The notes below the pieces were generated by a model. That model ran no database searches. It was not told the origin of the DNA and saw only the letters and a program-made list of their open reading frames with translations. Source: Fusobacteriota bacterium (GTDB lineage Bacteria > Fusobacteriota > Fusobacteriia > Fusobacteriales > JBNJFI01). From it: a stretch of DNA of 30,538 bases. A program made the position numbers and the translations under genes. Location: positions 1-30,538 of the forward strand of contig JBNJFI010000014.1 of assembly GCA_051746725.1 (NCBI GenBank). The letters run 5' to 3'. Positions 16,621 to 25,035 of the stretch are shown here, piece after piece; positions within the stretch are counted from its first letter, which is position 1, and the number at the start of each line of letters is the position of its first letter.

Positions 16621-18477
16621 ATGAAATTAAAAAATTTGAATATTTTTATTTTTATAATGAGCATTTTAACTTTAGGGGCTATAATTATTAGACCTGAATA
16701 TAAAAATATAGCTTTTGTTACCTTTACATTTCTTTTATTATTATTCACCTTTATTTATTATCTATTAGAAAATGTAAAGACCTTAAGAACTACTCTCTTT
16801 TTACTTTTATCAAATGAATCACTTAAATTAAAGCCTAGCTTTTTTAAAGAAATTAATGATGTAAAAAAGCATTTAGTCAAAATACATCAAAAACAATTAC
16901 TTCTAGATGCTATCATTTTAACAATTTCTCAAATTAGTACAACAGATGATTATTACAAAAAATTATCAGAAAATATTGGGCTTCTTTTTAACTCTTACCA
17001 TTTTGCATTTCTCCAATATAATACAGATTCTACTGAATTGAGAATTAAAACTGCCAATGGAAATCTTAAAGGATTAAAAAAATTTGATCGAAAAAACTTA
17101 GAAAATTATTTTAAAAATATACAAGACTCTATCTTTTATTCAAAAAAAGATAATACCATCTTTGATAATGATATTTTTTATAATATCAAAAGATTTTCTT
17201 TGTTTTATATGGAAAGGTCAGATTTTAGAGGTTTTTTAATCATTGGAAAAACAAAATTGGAAGGATCTAGACCTGCTCTTTCAGAGCGTTTTTTAAATTT
17301 AGAAATACAAAATTCCTTTATATTGCATATTGATAACTTAAATTTAAAAAAGAAAATAAAGGAACTTGATCTATTAAATAAATTAACCTCTCAATTGGAG
17401 AAAAATAAAAGTCTGGATGAAGGAATTCATACATATTCGACATACATTACTGCTCAACATGGTTTAGGATTTAACAGAGTTATATTTTTTAAAAAAATTG
17501 AACATAAATTATATGGATATTCCAGTGTCGGATCTTTAAATAAAGCGGAAGCTGAACGCGTTTGGAAAGAATTAGAAAATTGTCCCATGGACCTTTATAA
17601 TTATGTTCCTGATCAAAACTCTGAACTTACAAAATTAATTTCAAGATTTAGTTTTGACTTAAATAAAGACCATTTATTAGCTGATATTTTATCTGAAAAA
17701 GGTGTTTGGAAGGGAAATTTAGATGATTATGGTTTCAGTAAAGAAACAAAAGATCAGTTGAAAAAATTAAATTTAGGAGAATTTATATTAACTCCTATTT
17801 CATCATATGATAATGTTTTAGGTTTGGTGTTGGCAGATAATGCTTTTGATGGAAAATTTCTCTCAAGTCATAGACTTGAATCCCTTAAAAGATTTACAAT
17901 AGAAACATCTTTAATTATGCATAACTTATATTTATATAATAAAGTCAAATCTCTAGCTACTCAAGATAAATTAACTGGCTTATACAATCGACACTTTTTT
18001 GAGAAAAAAATGTCCGAATTGTTTAAAAGATCTGAAAGATATGGAACTCCTTTCTCATTAATATTAATTGATATTGATCATTTTAAAGATTATAATGATA
18101 ATAATGGGCATGTAAAAGGGGATGAATTATTAGAAAAAATATCAAAAATTTTTACATCTTCTGTTCGTGAAACTGATTTTGTATGTAGATATGGAGGAGA
18201 AGAGTTTGCCATTATATTACCATCTACAAAACTAGATGATTCTTATTTTGTAGCAAAGGATATTACAAAAAAGGTAGAAGAGTTTGAATTTGAATTCGAA
18301 GAAGATCAGCCTAGTGGAAATTTAACTATTAGTTCTGGAGTTAGCACTTATCATTCTCATTTAGAAAACTATACTGAACTAATTTCTAATACTGATGAAG
18401 CTTTATATTTTTCTAAAGAAAATGGTCGAAATCAAGTTACAAAGTTTATCCATAAAAATATTAATAAAATACATTAA
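16621..18477 (+). CDS. Membrane-anchored GAF/GGDEF diguanylate cyclase
   Basis: Two N-terminal TM segments and a GAF-like region (GFNRVIFF...PISSYDNVLGLVLADN), then DKLTGLYNR, DIDHFKDYND..GHVKGD, I-site RETD and intact RYGGEEF. Start moved to ATG 16621 on the basis of the RBS. Confidence 0.92.
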   Translation: MKLKNLNIFIFIMSILTLGAIIIRPEYKNIAFVTFTFLLLLFTFIYYLLENVKTLRTTLFLLLSNESLKLKPSFFKEINDVKKHLVKIHQKQLLLDAIILTISQISTTDDYYKKLSENIGLLFNSYHFAFLQYNTDSTELRIKTANGNLKGLKKFDRKNLENYFKNIQDSIFYSKKDNTIFDNDIFYNIKRFSLFYMERSDFRGFLIIGKTKLEGSRPALSERFLNLEIQNSFILHIDNLNLKKKIKELDLLNKLTSQLEKNKSLDEGIHTYSTYITAQHGLGFNRVIFFKKIEHKLYGYSSVGSLNKAEAERVWKELENCPMDLYNYVPDQNSELTKLISRFSFDLNKDHLLADILSEKGVWKGNLDDYGFSKETKDQLKKLNLGEFILTPISSYDNVLGLVLADNAFDGKFLSSHRLESLKRFTIETSLIMHNLYLYNKVKSLATQDKLTGLYNRHFFEKKMSELFKRSERYGTPFSLILIDIDHFKDYNDNNGHVKGDELLEKISKIFTSSVRETDFVCRYGGEEFAIILPSTKLDDSYFVAKDITKKVEEFEFEFEEDQPSGNLTISSGVSTYHSHLENYTELISNTDEALYFSKENGRNQVTKFIHKNINKIH

Positions 18478-18517
18478 TAAAAGATCAGGAAAAATAACCT
18501 TTCCTGATCTTTTATTA
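18475..18517. terminator. Bidirectional intrinsic terminator between the convergent DGC and nfnB genes
   Basis: 18-bp perfect inverted repeat taataaaagatcaggaaa / tttcctgatcttttatta with a 7-nt loop and A/T tracts at the stem base. Confidence 0.85.
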
Positions 18518-18525
18518 TATATATA

Positions 18526-19932
18526 TTATTTATTTCTCTTTTCAGATAACTTTTCATCTATATCTTTGGCTGCCTTTTTTCCAGATCCCATTGCTAAAAT
18601 AACTGTAGCTGCACCAGTAACTACATCTCCTCCAGCGTATACACCTTCTTTATTTGTTTCACCAGTCTCTTCATTAACTATAATACCACCCCAAGATTGA
18701 ACATCCAAATCAGGAGTTGTATTACTTATCAATGGATTAGGAGTTTGACCGATTGCAATTATTACAGTATCAACATCAATTCCAAATTCACTACCTTCAA
18801 TTGGTATAGGTCTTCTTCTTCCAGAACTATCTTTTTCTCCTAATTTCATCTTTATACATTTAATTTCATCCACCCAAAAATTTCTTTCTCTAATTTCAAC
18901 TGGATTATTCAATAATTTAAATTCGATCCCTTCTTCTTTAGCATGTTCTATTTCTTCTCGTCTAGCTGGTAATTGTTCATCACTTCTTCTATAAATTATA
19001 TAAACATGATCGGCACCTAACCTTTTAGCAGTTCTAGCGGCATCCATAGCTACATTTCCTCCTCCAACTACTGCTACTTTATTACCAAGTTTTACAGGTG
19101 TCTTATGTTCAGGAAACGAATGTCCTTTCATTAAATTTACTCTAGTTAAAAATTCATTTGATGAATAGACCCCATTTAAATTTTCTCCTTCTATATTCAA
19201 AAATCTAGGTAATCCAGCTCCACTTCCAATGAAAACAGCTTTAAAATTTTCATCTTCTTTTAATTCGTCTATGGTAATAGATTTTCCGACAATTACATTT
19301 TTTTCTATTTTAACACCCAAATCTCTTATTTTTTGTATCTCTTCGCTAACTAATTTTTTCGGAAGTCTAAACTCAGGTATCCCGTATGATAAAACTCCTC
19401 CTGGCTTATGTAAAGCTTCAAATACAGTGACTTTATAGCCTTTTTTAGCTAGATCAGCGGCACAAGTCAAACCAGCAGGTCCAGCTCCAATTACTGCTAC
19501 CTTTTCTTTATCCAAAGAAATCTCTTCTTTTCTCTCATCCGCATAATTCTCCATGTAATAATCAGCTACAAATCTTTCTAAACGCCCTATAGCTACAGGT
19601 TCACCATTATTTTGGCGAACACAGACAGATTCACACTGTTTTTCTTGAGGACAGACTCTTCCACATATTGCTGGCAAGTTATTATTAGTAGTTATTATTT
19701 CATATGCTTCTTTAAATTCTCCTTCACTAACTTTTTTTATAAATTCAGGTATTGGCACTTCAACTGGACATTTAGATACACATGGCCGATGGTTACATCC
19801 TAGGCATCGTTCTGCCTCTTCTATGGCTTGCTCAGGTGTATAACCTAATGCTACTTCATCAAAGTTCTTATTTCTTACCTTTGGCGGTTGCTCAGGCATT
19901 TTTACTTTTTTAGGACTTTTATTATACATCAT
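18526..19932 (-). CDS. nfnB: NfnB/SudA large subunit of electron-bifurcating NADH-dependent reduced ferredoxin:NADP+ oxidoreductase (often annotated gltA, NADPH-dependent glutamate synthase homotetrameric type)
   Basis: Fe-S motifs RCLGC..PCVSKCP and CGRVCPQEKQCESVC, FAD-binding GAGPAG, NADP-binding GGGNVAMDAAR and GGDVVTGAATVILAMG. Overlaps the upstream nfnA; no gltB nearby. Confidence 0.88.
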   Translation of the reverse strand: MMYNKSPKKVKMPEQPPKVRNKNFDEVALGYTPEQAIEEAERCLGCNHRPCVSKCPVEVPIPEFIKKVSEGEFKEAYEIITTNNNLPAICGRVCPQEKQCESVCVRQNNGEPVAIGRLERFVADYYMENYADERKEEISLDKEKVAVIGAGPAGLTCAADLAKKGYKVTVFEALHKPGGVLSYGIPEFRLPKKLVSEEIQKIRDLGVKIEKNVIVGKSITIDELKEDENFKAVFIGSGAGLPRFLNIEGENLNGVYSSNEFLTRVNLMKGHSFPEHKTPVKLGNKVAVVGGGNVAMDAARTAKRLGADHVYIIYRRSDEQLPARREEIEHAKEEGIEFKLLNNPVEIRERNFWVDEIKCIKMKLGEKDSSGRRRPIPIEGSEFGIDVDTVIIAIGQTPNPLISNTTPDLDVQSWGGIIVNEETGETNKEGVYAGGDVVTGAATVILAMGSGKKAAKDIDEKLSEKRNK

Positions 19933-20770
19933 CTTCCCCCAATCCTATCTTGCAATTATGATGTTCGATTATATCAGCTTCTTCTCTTTTAAAACTTGAC
20001 TGTCTTTTCGATAACTCTTCAAAATCAACTTTTAATCCATCAAAATCTGGACCATCTACACAAGCAAATTTTGTTTCTCCTCCAACACTAACTCTACATC
20101 CACCACACATTCCTGTCCCATCAATCATAATAGGATTTAACGACACAGAAGTTGGAATATCCTCTTGTTTAGTTATATTAACCACAGCATTCATCATTGG
20201 AACAGGTCCAATTGCAATAACTTCATCATATTCTTTTCCTTCAGATATTAACTTTTCTAAAACAGTTGTAACAAATCCTTTTGTTCCTTTAGATCCATCG
20301 TCAGTTGCAAAATATATATTGTTTGATAACTCTTTAAAATCATCAACTAAAATTAAAGAATCTTCTGTCTGAGCTCCTAGAATAATATCAACATCAGATC
20401 CCATTTTTTTCAATTTTTTTACTTGAGGATACAAAGGAGCTGCTCCTACACCTCCACCTATTCCAAGTATCTTTTTAGGTTCACCTAGTTGAGTCGCCTT
20501 TCCAAGTGGACCTGCAAAATCTTCAATATAATCGCCAGCTTCTTTTTGGCTAAGCAATTCCGTAGAATGTCCAACTATTTGATAAATTATTGTTACACTT
20601 TCTTTTTCTCTATCAAAATCAACTATAGTTAATGGAATACGTTCCCCTTTTTTGCCAACTCTTAATATTATAAATTGACCTGGCTCACATTTTTTAGAAA
20701 CAAATGGAGCTAAAACTTTCATTTCTTCTATTTTATCGTTTATAATTCTTTTTTCTAATATTTTATACAT
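19922..20770 (-). CDS. nfnA: NfnA/SudB small subunit (sulfide/dihydroorotate dehydrogenase-like FAD/NAD-binding protein with 2Fe-2S)
   Basis: PGQFIILR..GERIPLTI, GGGVGAAP, TDDGSKG, SLNPIMIDGTGMCGGCRV and ACVDGPDF. Confidence 0.9.
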   Translation of the reverse strand: MYKILEKRIINDKIEEMKVLAPFVSKKCEPGQFIILRVGKKGERIPLTIVDFDREKESVTIIYQIVGHSTELLSQKEAGDYIEDFAGPLGKATQLGEPKKILGIGGGVGAAPLYPQVKKLKKMGSDVDIILGAQTEDSLILVDDFKELSNNIYFATDDGSKGTKGFVTTVLEKLISEGKEYDEVIAIGPVPMMNAVVNITKQEDIPTSVSLNPIMIDGTGMCGGCRVSVGGETKFACVDGPDFDGLKVDFEELSKRQSSFKREEADIIEHHNCKIGLGEDDV

Positions 20771-20796
20771 TTTTCCCCCAATACTTTATTTTATGG

Positions 20797-20833
20797 TTAA
20801 CCCCCATTCTATATAATATAGGATGGGGGTTAA
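20797..20833. other. Intergenic inverted repeat (stem-loop) between the carboxyltransferase-BCCP gene and nfnA
   Basis: ttaacccccattctatat-a-atataggatgggggttaa is a near-perfect palindrome with one mismatch. No clear poly-T follows it on either strand. Confidence 0.7.
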
Positions 20834-20850
20834 AAGTTCAATACTTATTT

Positions 20851-22671
20851 TTATGCATTTGGATCTATCAAAAACAATTTATCACCTTTTTTGACAGCCT
20901 TTTCATTTTCTCCTAATATTTTTACAACTTTTCCACTCACATCAGATTTAACTTCATTCATCAATTTCATTGCTTCTACTATACATAATGTTTGTCCTTT
21001 TTTAACAACATCTCCTTCTGATACAAAAGCATCAGCCTCTGGAGATGGCGATTCATAAAAAGTACCTACCATAGGAGACAATATTGCCTCATACTTATCT
21101 TCATCTAAATTTACTTTTTCTTTCTTAGGAGCTGCTTGTGAACTCTTAACAGGTGTACTTGTAGTCTCTGGAACAACTACCTTTGTATCATTTTTACCTC
21201 TTTTTAATTTAACACTTCCTGTTTTTGTCTTTAAAGATAACTCTCCTACACTATGTTCTTCTAAAGATTCAGCTAGTTCTTTCAATATTTCTATATTTAT
21301 TCGCATATCTTCTTCTCCTTCCGAAATAAGTTCTCCCGCTTTTGGATTATTTTGTAAAACTAAAAACTTTTGAGCTATATTTGGAAATAGTGCATAACTC
21401 AAGTAATCTTCCTCTTTTTGAATTAATTCTTTTGGTAATCTCTTTTTTATTTTTTCTAAGGCAGGTTCTAATAAATCAGCAGGTCTACATTCTATCTGCT
21501 TTTTCTCTTTTAATATCTTTCTTTCTAAAATTGGATTGATATCACCAGGTGGTTTACCATATAAAAATTGAACATAGTTTTTAACCTCTTCTGGTATCAT
21601 TTTATATCTTTCACCCAATAGAACATTTAAAACTGCTTGAGTTCCTACAAATTGACTTGTAGGAGTCACTAGAGGAGGATAACCTAAATCTTTTCTAACT
21701 CTAGGTAACTCTTCTAATACTTCATCAATTCTGTCTCCAGCTCCTTGTTTTTCCAGTTGAGATAATAGATTGGAGATCATACCTCCTGGAACTTGATGAG
21801 ATAATACCTTTATATCTATCAGACCTTGTTTAGGTCTATCGTATGATTTATCCTTTGCCAATTTGTCAAAATATTCAGAAATTCTAGATATTTTATTTAT
21901 TTCTAATCCTGTATCATATTCAGTATTTTGAAATACTGCTACTGTAGTTTCTGCAGCTGGTTGTGAAGTATGAAGTGCCATTGACGCAACTGCTGTATCA
22001 ACAACATCTGCTCCTGCTTCAATAGATTTCATGTAAGTCATTGCAGCCATTCCACTTGTATAATGACTGTGTATCTGAATCATTAAACCAGTTTCTTCCT
22101 TTAATCTTGTAACTAATTCATATGCATCATATGGAGTAAGTAATCCTGCCATATCTTTTATAGCTAAAGAATCTACCCCCATTTCAGCTAATTCCTTTGC
22201 CAAGTCAATATTATATTCTAATTTATGAATTGGACTTATTGTATAAACTATTGCACCTTGCACATGTGCTCCAGCTTTTTTACCAACTTCAATTACCTTT
22301 TCCAAATTTCTTAAGTCATTTAAAGCATCAAAAGTTCTTATTATGTCTATTCCATTCTCTACTGACTTTGTTATAAATTCTTCAACAACATCATCTGGAT
22401 AATGTCTATATCCAACAAGATTTTGTCCCCTCACTAACATCTGTAAAGGAGTTTTGGTAACATATTTCTTTATAATTCTAAGTCTTTCCCATGGGTCTTC
22501 ATTTAAATATCTCATACACACATCGAAGGTTGCTCCCCCCCACATTTCTAAAGAATAAAAACCAGCATTATCTAATTCTTCTAATATCGGAATCATTTCA
22601 TCTGTCTTCATCCTTGTGGCCCAAAGAGATTGATGTGCATCTCTTAATGTCGTATCTGTTAATTGTGCCAA
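20851..22671 (-). CDS. Pyruvate/oxaloacetate carboxyltransferase (OadA/PycB type) fused to a complete AccB-type biotin carboxyl carrier protein
   Basis: DTTLRDAHQSL, EMWGGATFD, IKDMAG, HSH, QVPGGMISN and YPPLVTPTSQ, followed by MRINIEILKELAESLEEHSVGELSL...SPMVGTFYESPSP...IVEAMKLMNE. Probable TTG start at 22671 behind AGGTGG; the ORF extends to 22701. Confidence 0.88.
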   Translation of the reverse strand: MAQLTDTTLRDAHQSLWATRMKTDEMIPILEELDNAGFYSLEMWGGATFDVCMRYLNEDPWERLRIIKKYVTKTPLQMLVRGQNLVGYRHYPDDVVEEFITKSVENGIDIIRTFDALNDLRNLEKVIEVGKKAGAHVQGAIVYTISPIHKLEYNIDLAKELAEMGVDSLAIKDMAGLLTPYDAYELVTRLKEETGLMIQIHSHYTSGMAAMTYMKSIEAGADVVDTAVASMALHTSQPAAETTVAVFQNTEYDTGLEINKISRISEYFDKLAKDKSYDRPKQGLIDIKVLSHQVPGGMISNLLSQLEKQGAGDRIDEVLEELPRVRKDLGYPPLVTPTSQFVGTQAVLNVLLGERYKMIPEEVKNYVQFLYGKPPGDINPILERKILKEKKQIECRPADLLEPALEKIKKRLPKELIQKEEDYLSYALFPNIAQKFLVLQNNPKAGELISEGEEDMRINIEILKELAESLEEHSVGELSLKTKTGSVKLKRGKNDTKVVVPETTSTPVKSSQAAPKKEKVNLDEDKYEAILSPMVGTFYESPSPEADAFVSEGDVVKKGQTLCIVEAMKLMNEVKSDVSGKVVKILGENEKAVKKGDKLFLIDPNA

Positions 22672-22743
22672 AATTCCACCACCTTTCAATCTTTCTTTCA
22701 TAAAATTTTATTATAAAGATATTTCTTTATATTGTATACATGT

Positions 22744-22772
22744 ATTATACCATTTTAAAGTTTTTTTTTCAA
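22744..22772 (-). promoter_or_regulatory. Sigma-70 promoter with extended -10 for the carboxyltransferase-BCCP gene
   Basis: Minus strand TTGAAA-N17-TATAAT with TG at -15/-14 (tggtataat). Confidence 0.7.
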
Positions 22773-22786
22773 CTTATTCGGTTTTA

Positions 22787-23782
22787 TTACAATAACTCTG
22801 CAATCTGAACTGCATTAAGAGCTGCTCCCTTTAATATCTGATCTGCTACAACCCATAGAGAAATCCCATTATCTAAAGCTAAATCTTTTCTGATTCTTCC
22901 TACATAAGTGTTATAATCTCCCGCCACTCTTAAAGGCATAGGATATTCATTTTTAGAAGGATTATCTAAAATCTTAGTTCCCTTTGCATTAGCTATTACT
23001 TCTCTTACTTGGTCTGCAGTTGCTTCTTTCCCCAATTCTATAGTTATGGCCTCTGAGTGAGCTCTTAATACAGGAACTCTCACTGCTGTTGCTGAAATTC
23101 TTATAGCATCATCATGAAACATTTTATGAGTTTCATTAACCATTTTCATCTCTTCTTTTGTATAATCATTTTCTTGAAAAACATCTATATGAGGTATTGT
23201 ATTGAATAACAATTGATCTGTAAATTTGTCGCTTTTTATCTCCTTGTTATTAACAAATTGTTCTGCTTGATCTATTAATTCTTGCATTGCCTTAGCACCT
23301 GCTCCAGAGGCAGCTTGATAAGTTGAAACTATTATTTTTTTTATCCCAAATTTTTTATATATTGGCCATAAAGCAACTACCATTTGAATAGTAGAGCAAT
23401 TTGGATTTGCAATTATCCCTTTATTATTTTTTACATCTTCCGGATTAACCTCAGGGACAACTAGAGGTACATCATCGTCCATTCTAAAAGCACTACTATT
23501 ATCTATAACGATCACATTATTTTTTGCAGCAATTGGAGCAAACTTTTTTGAAATCCCACTCCCTGCTGAAAATAAAGCTATATCAATATCTTTATAAAAG
23601 TCTTCTGTTAATTCTTTAACCACTAAATCTTCGCCTTTGAATTTTATTTTTTTACCTGCCGATCGCTTTGAAGCAAATAAACTTAGACTTTCTAGAGGAA
23701 AATTTCTATCATCCAAAACATTTAATATTTCTTCTCCCACAGCTCCTGTAGCACCTATTACTCCTACTCTTTTTTTAGCCAT
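22787..23782 (-). CDS. asd: Aspartate-semialdehyde dehydrogenase
   Basis: GATGAVG, IDNSSAFRM, VPEVN, IANPNCST, STYQAASGAG, VRVPVLRAHSE and DQILKGAALNAVQIAE. Start at ATG 23782 overlaps the lysC stop. Confidence 0.97.
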   Translation of the reverse strand: MAKKRVGVIGATGAVGEEILNVLDDRNFPLESLSLFASKRSAGKKIKFKGEDLVVKELTEDFYKDIDIALFSAGSGISKKFAPIAAKNNVIVIDNSSAFRMDDDVPLVVPEVNPEDVKNNKGIIANPNCSTIQMVVALWPIYKKFGIKKIIVSTYQAASGAGAKAMQELIDQAEQFVNNKEIKSDKFTDQLLFNTIPHIDVFQENDYTKEEMKMVNETHKMFHDDAIRISATAVRVPVLRAHSEAITIELGKEATADQVREVIANAKGTKILDNPSKNEYPMPLRVAGDYNTYVGRIRKDLALDNGISLWVVADQILKGAALNAVQIAELL

Positions 23783-24272
23783 TAAACTCGATTCCTCCCT
23801 TATTAAGTTTAAAATTACTATGTAAAATTCGAACAGCTTCATCTAGTCGATTTTCCTTTATTATACAAGCAATCTTTACTTCTGACGTTGATATCATTTC
23901 TATATTTATTCCTGCCTGAGCTAAACTTTCAAACATAATAGAAGCAACTCCTGGATGACTCTTCATTCCAACTCCTACTGCTGATATTTTTGCAATATCT
24001 GTATCCGCTTTGACTTCTAAAGCGCCTAGTTTTTCTTTTAAATCATTAGCAACTAGCTTAGCTTTATCTATATCTTCCAAACTCAAGGTAAAAGAAATAT
24101 CATTTCTTCCATTACTTCCTAAGTTTTGTATTATTATGTCGACATTTATATTCTCTGTTGCAATTTTTCTAAATACCTTTGCAGCTATTCCTGGTTTATC
24201 AGGAACACCAACTATTGTTATCTTAGCTTCTCTCTTTGAATGTCCTATTCCTCTTACTACTGCATGTTCCAT
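23775..24272 (-). CDS. Aspartate kinase beta (regulatory) subunit from an in-frame internal start (Met247)
   Basis: AAGGAGG at 24290-24284 lies 11 nt before an in-frame ATG (KEEDET-MEHAVVRGI) just ahead of the ACT domains. This arrangement is known for Bacillus, Corynebacterium and Thermus aspartokinases. Confidence 0.7.
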   Translation of the reverse strand: MEHAVVRGIGHSKREAKITIVGVPDKPGIAAKVFRKIATENINVDIIIQNLGSNGRNDISFTLSLEDIDKAKLVANDLKEKLGALEVKADTDIAKISAVGVGMKSHPGVASIMFESLAQAGINIEMISTSEVKIACIIKENRLDEAVRILHSNFKLNKGGIEFNG

Positions 24273-25010
24273 TGTCTCATCTTCCTCCTTAACAAAAGTT
24301 CCAATATGTTTTTCAAATGTAGATCTTAAATGAATCTTCATTCCATGTTTTGCTGCTAATTCTACTGATCTTAGATGTAAAACCTTAGCTCCTGCTCCTG
24401 CTAATTCTAACATCTCTTCATATGATATTTGATCTATTTTTTTGGCATCTGAACATACCCTAGGGTCAGCAGTGTAAACCCCATCTACATCTGTATATAT
24501 TTCAACTTCGTCTGCATCTAAGGAAACACCTAAAGCTACACCAGTAGTATCAGATCCTCCTCTACCTAAAGTAGTTATATTAAAATCTTCTGTAATTCCT
24601 TGAAATCCTGCAACTATAACGATTTTTCCATCTTTTAGTTCTTTTTTTATTGTTCCACAATTTATTGATTTTATTTTTGCTTTTGTATGTTCTCTATCGG
24701 TAATTATTCCTACTTGTGATCCATTTAAGGAGATTGCAGTTTCTCCCATATCATGTATTGCCATTGCAAGTAGAGCTATAGAGGTTTGCTCTCCAGTGGA
24801 AAGTAACATATCTAATTCTCGTTTATGAGGGACCTTTGCAATTTCTTTTGCCTTCTTAATTAAATCATCTGTCATTCCACCTGGAGCTGATACAACAGCT
24901 ACAACTTGATTTCCTTGATTTTTTGTTTCAATTATCCGTCGTGCAACATTTTTCAATTTTTCGGTATCAGCTACAGAGCTTCCTCCATACTTTTGTACGA
25001 TTAATCCCAT
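23775..25010 (-). CDS. lysC: Aspartate kinase (alpha subunit; alpha2beta2 type)
   Basis: VQKYGGSSV, ELDMLLSTGEQ, VAGFQG, TTLGRGGSDTT and YTDVDGVYTADPR, plus two C-terminal ACT domains. Confidence 0.96.
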   Translation of the reverse strand: MGLIVQKYGGSSVADTEKLKNVARRIIETKNQGNQVVAVVSAPGGMTDDLIKKAKEIAKVPHKRELDMLLSTGEQTSIALLAMAIHDMGETAISLNGSQVGIITDREHTKAKIKSINCGTIKKELKDGKIVIVAGFQGITEDFNITTLGRGGSDTTGVALGVSLDADEVEIYTDVDGVYTADPRVCSDAKKIDQISYEEMLELAGAGAKVLHLRSVELAAKHGMKIHLRSTFEKHIGTFVKEEDETMEHAVVRGIGHSKREAKITIVGVPDKPGIAAKVFRKIATENINVDIIIQNLGSNGRNDISFTLSLEDIDKAKLVANDLKEKLGALEVKADTDIAKISAVGVGMKSHPGVASIMFESLAQAGINIEMISTSEVKIACIIKENRLDEAVRILHSNFKLNKGGIEFNG

Positions 25011-25035
25011 TTAATTTTCTCCTTTATGTATAATC

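Noticed and set aside
18526..19932. True glutamate synthase small subunit (gltD)
   Set aside because: No gltB large subunit is adjacent, and the gene is coupled to an NfnA/SudB-type gene, the hallmark of NfnAB.
23783..23842. Longer asd start at 23842
   Set aside because: It overlaps lysC extensively; ATG 23782 has a GGGAGG RBS and begins just before the GATGAVG motif.
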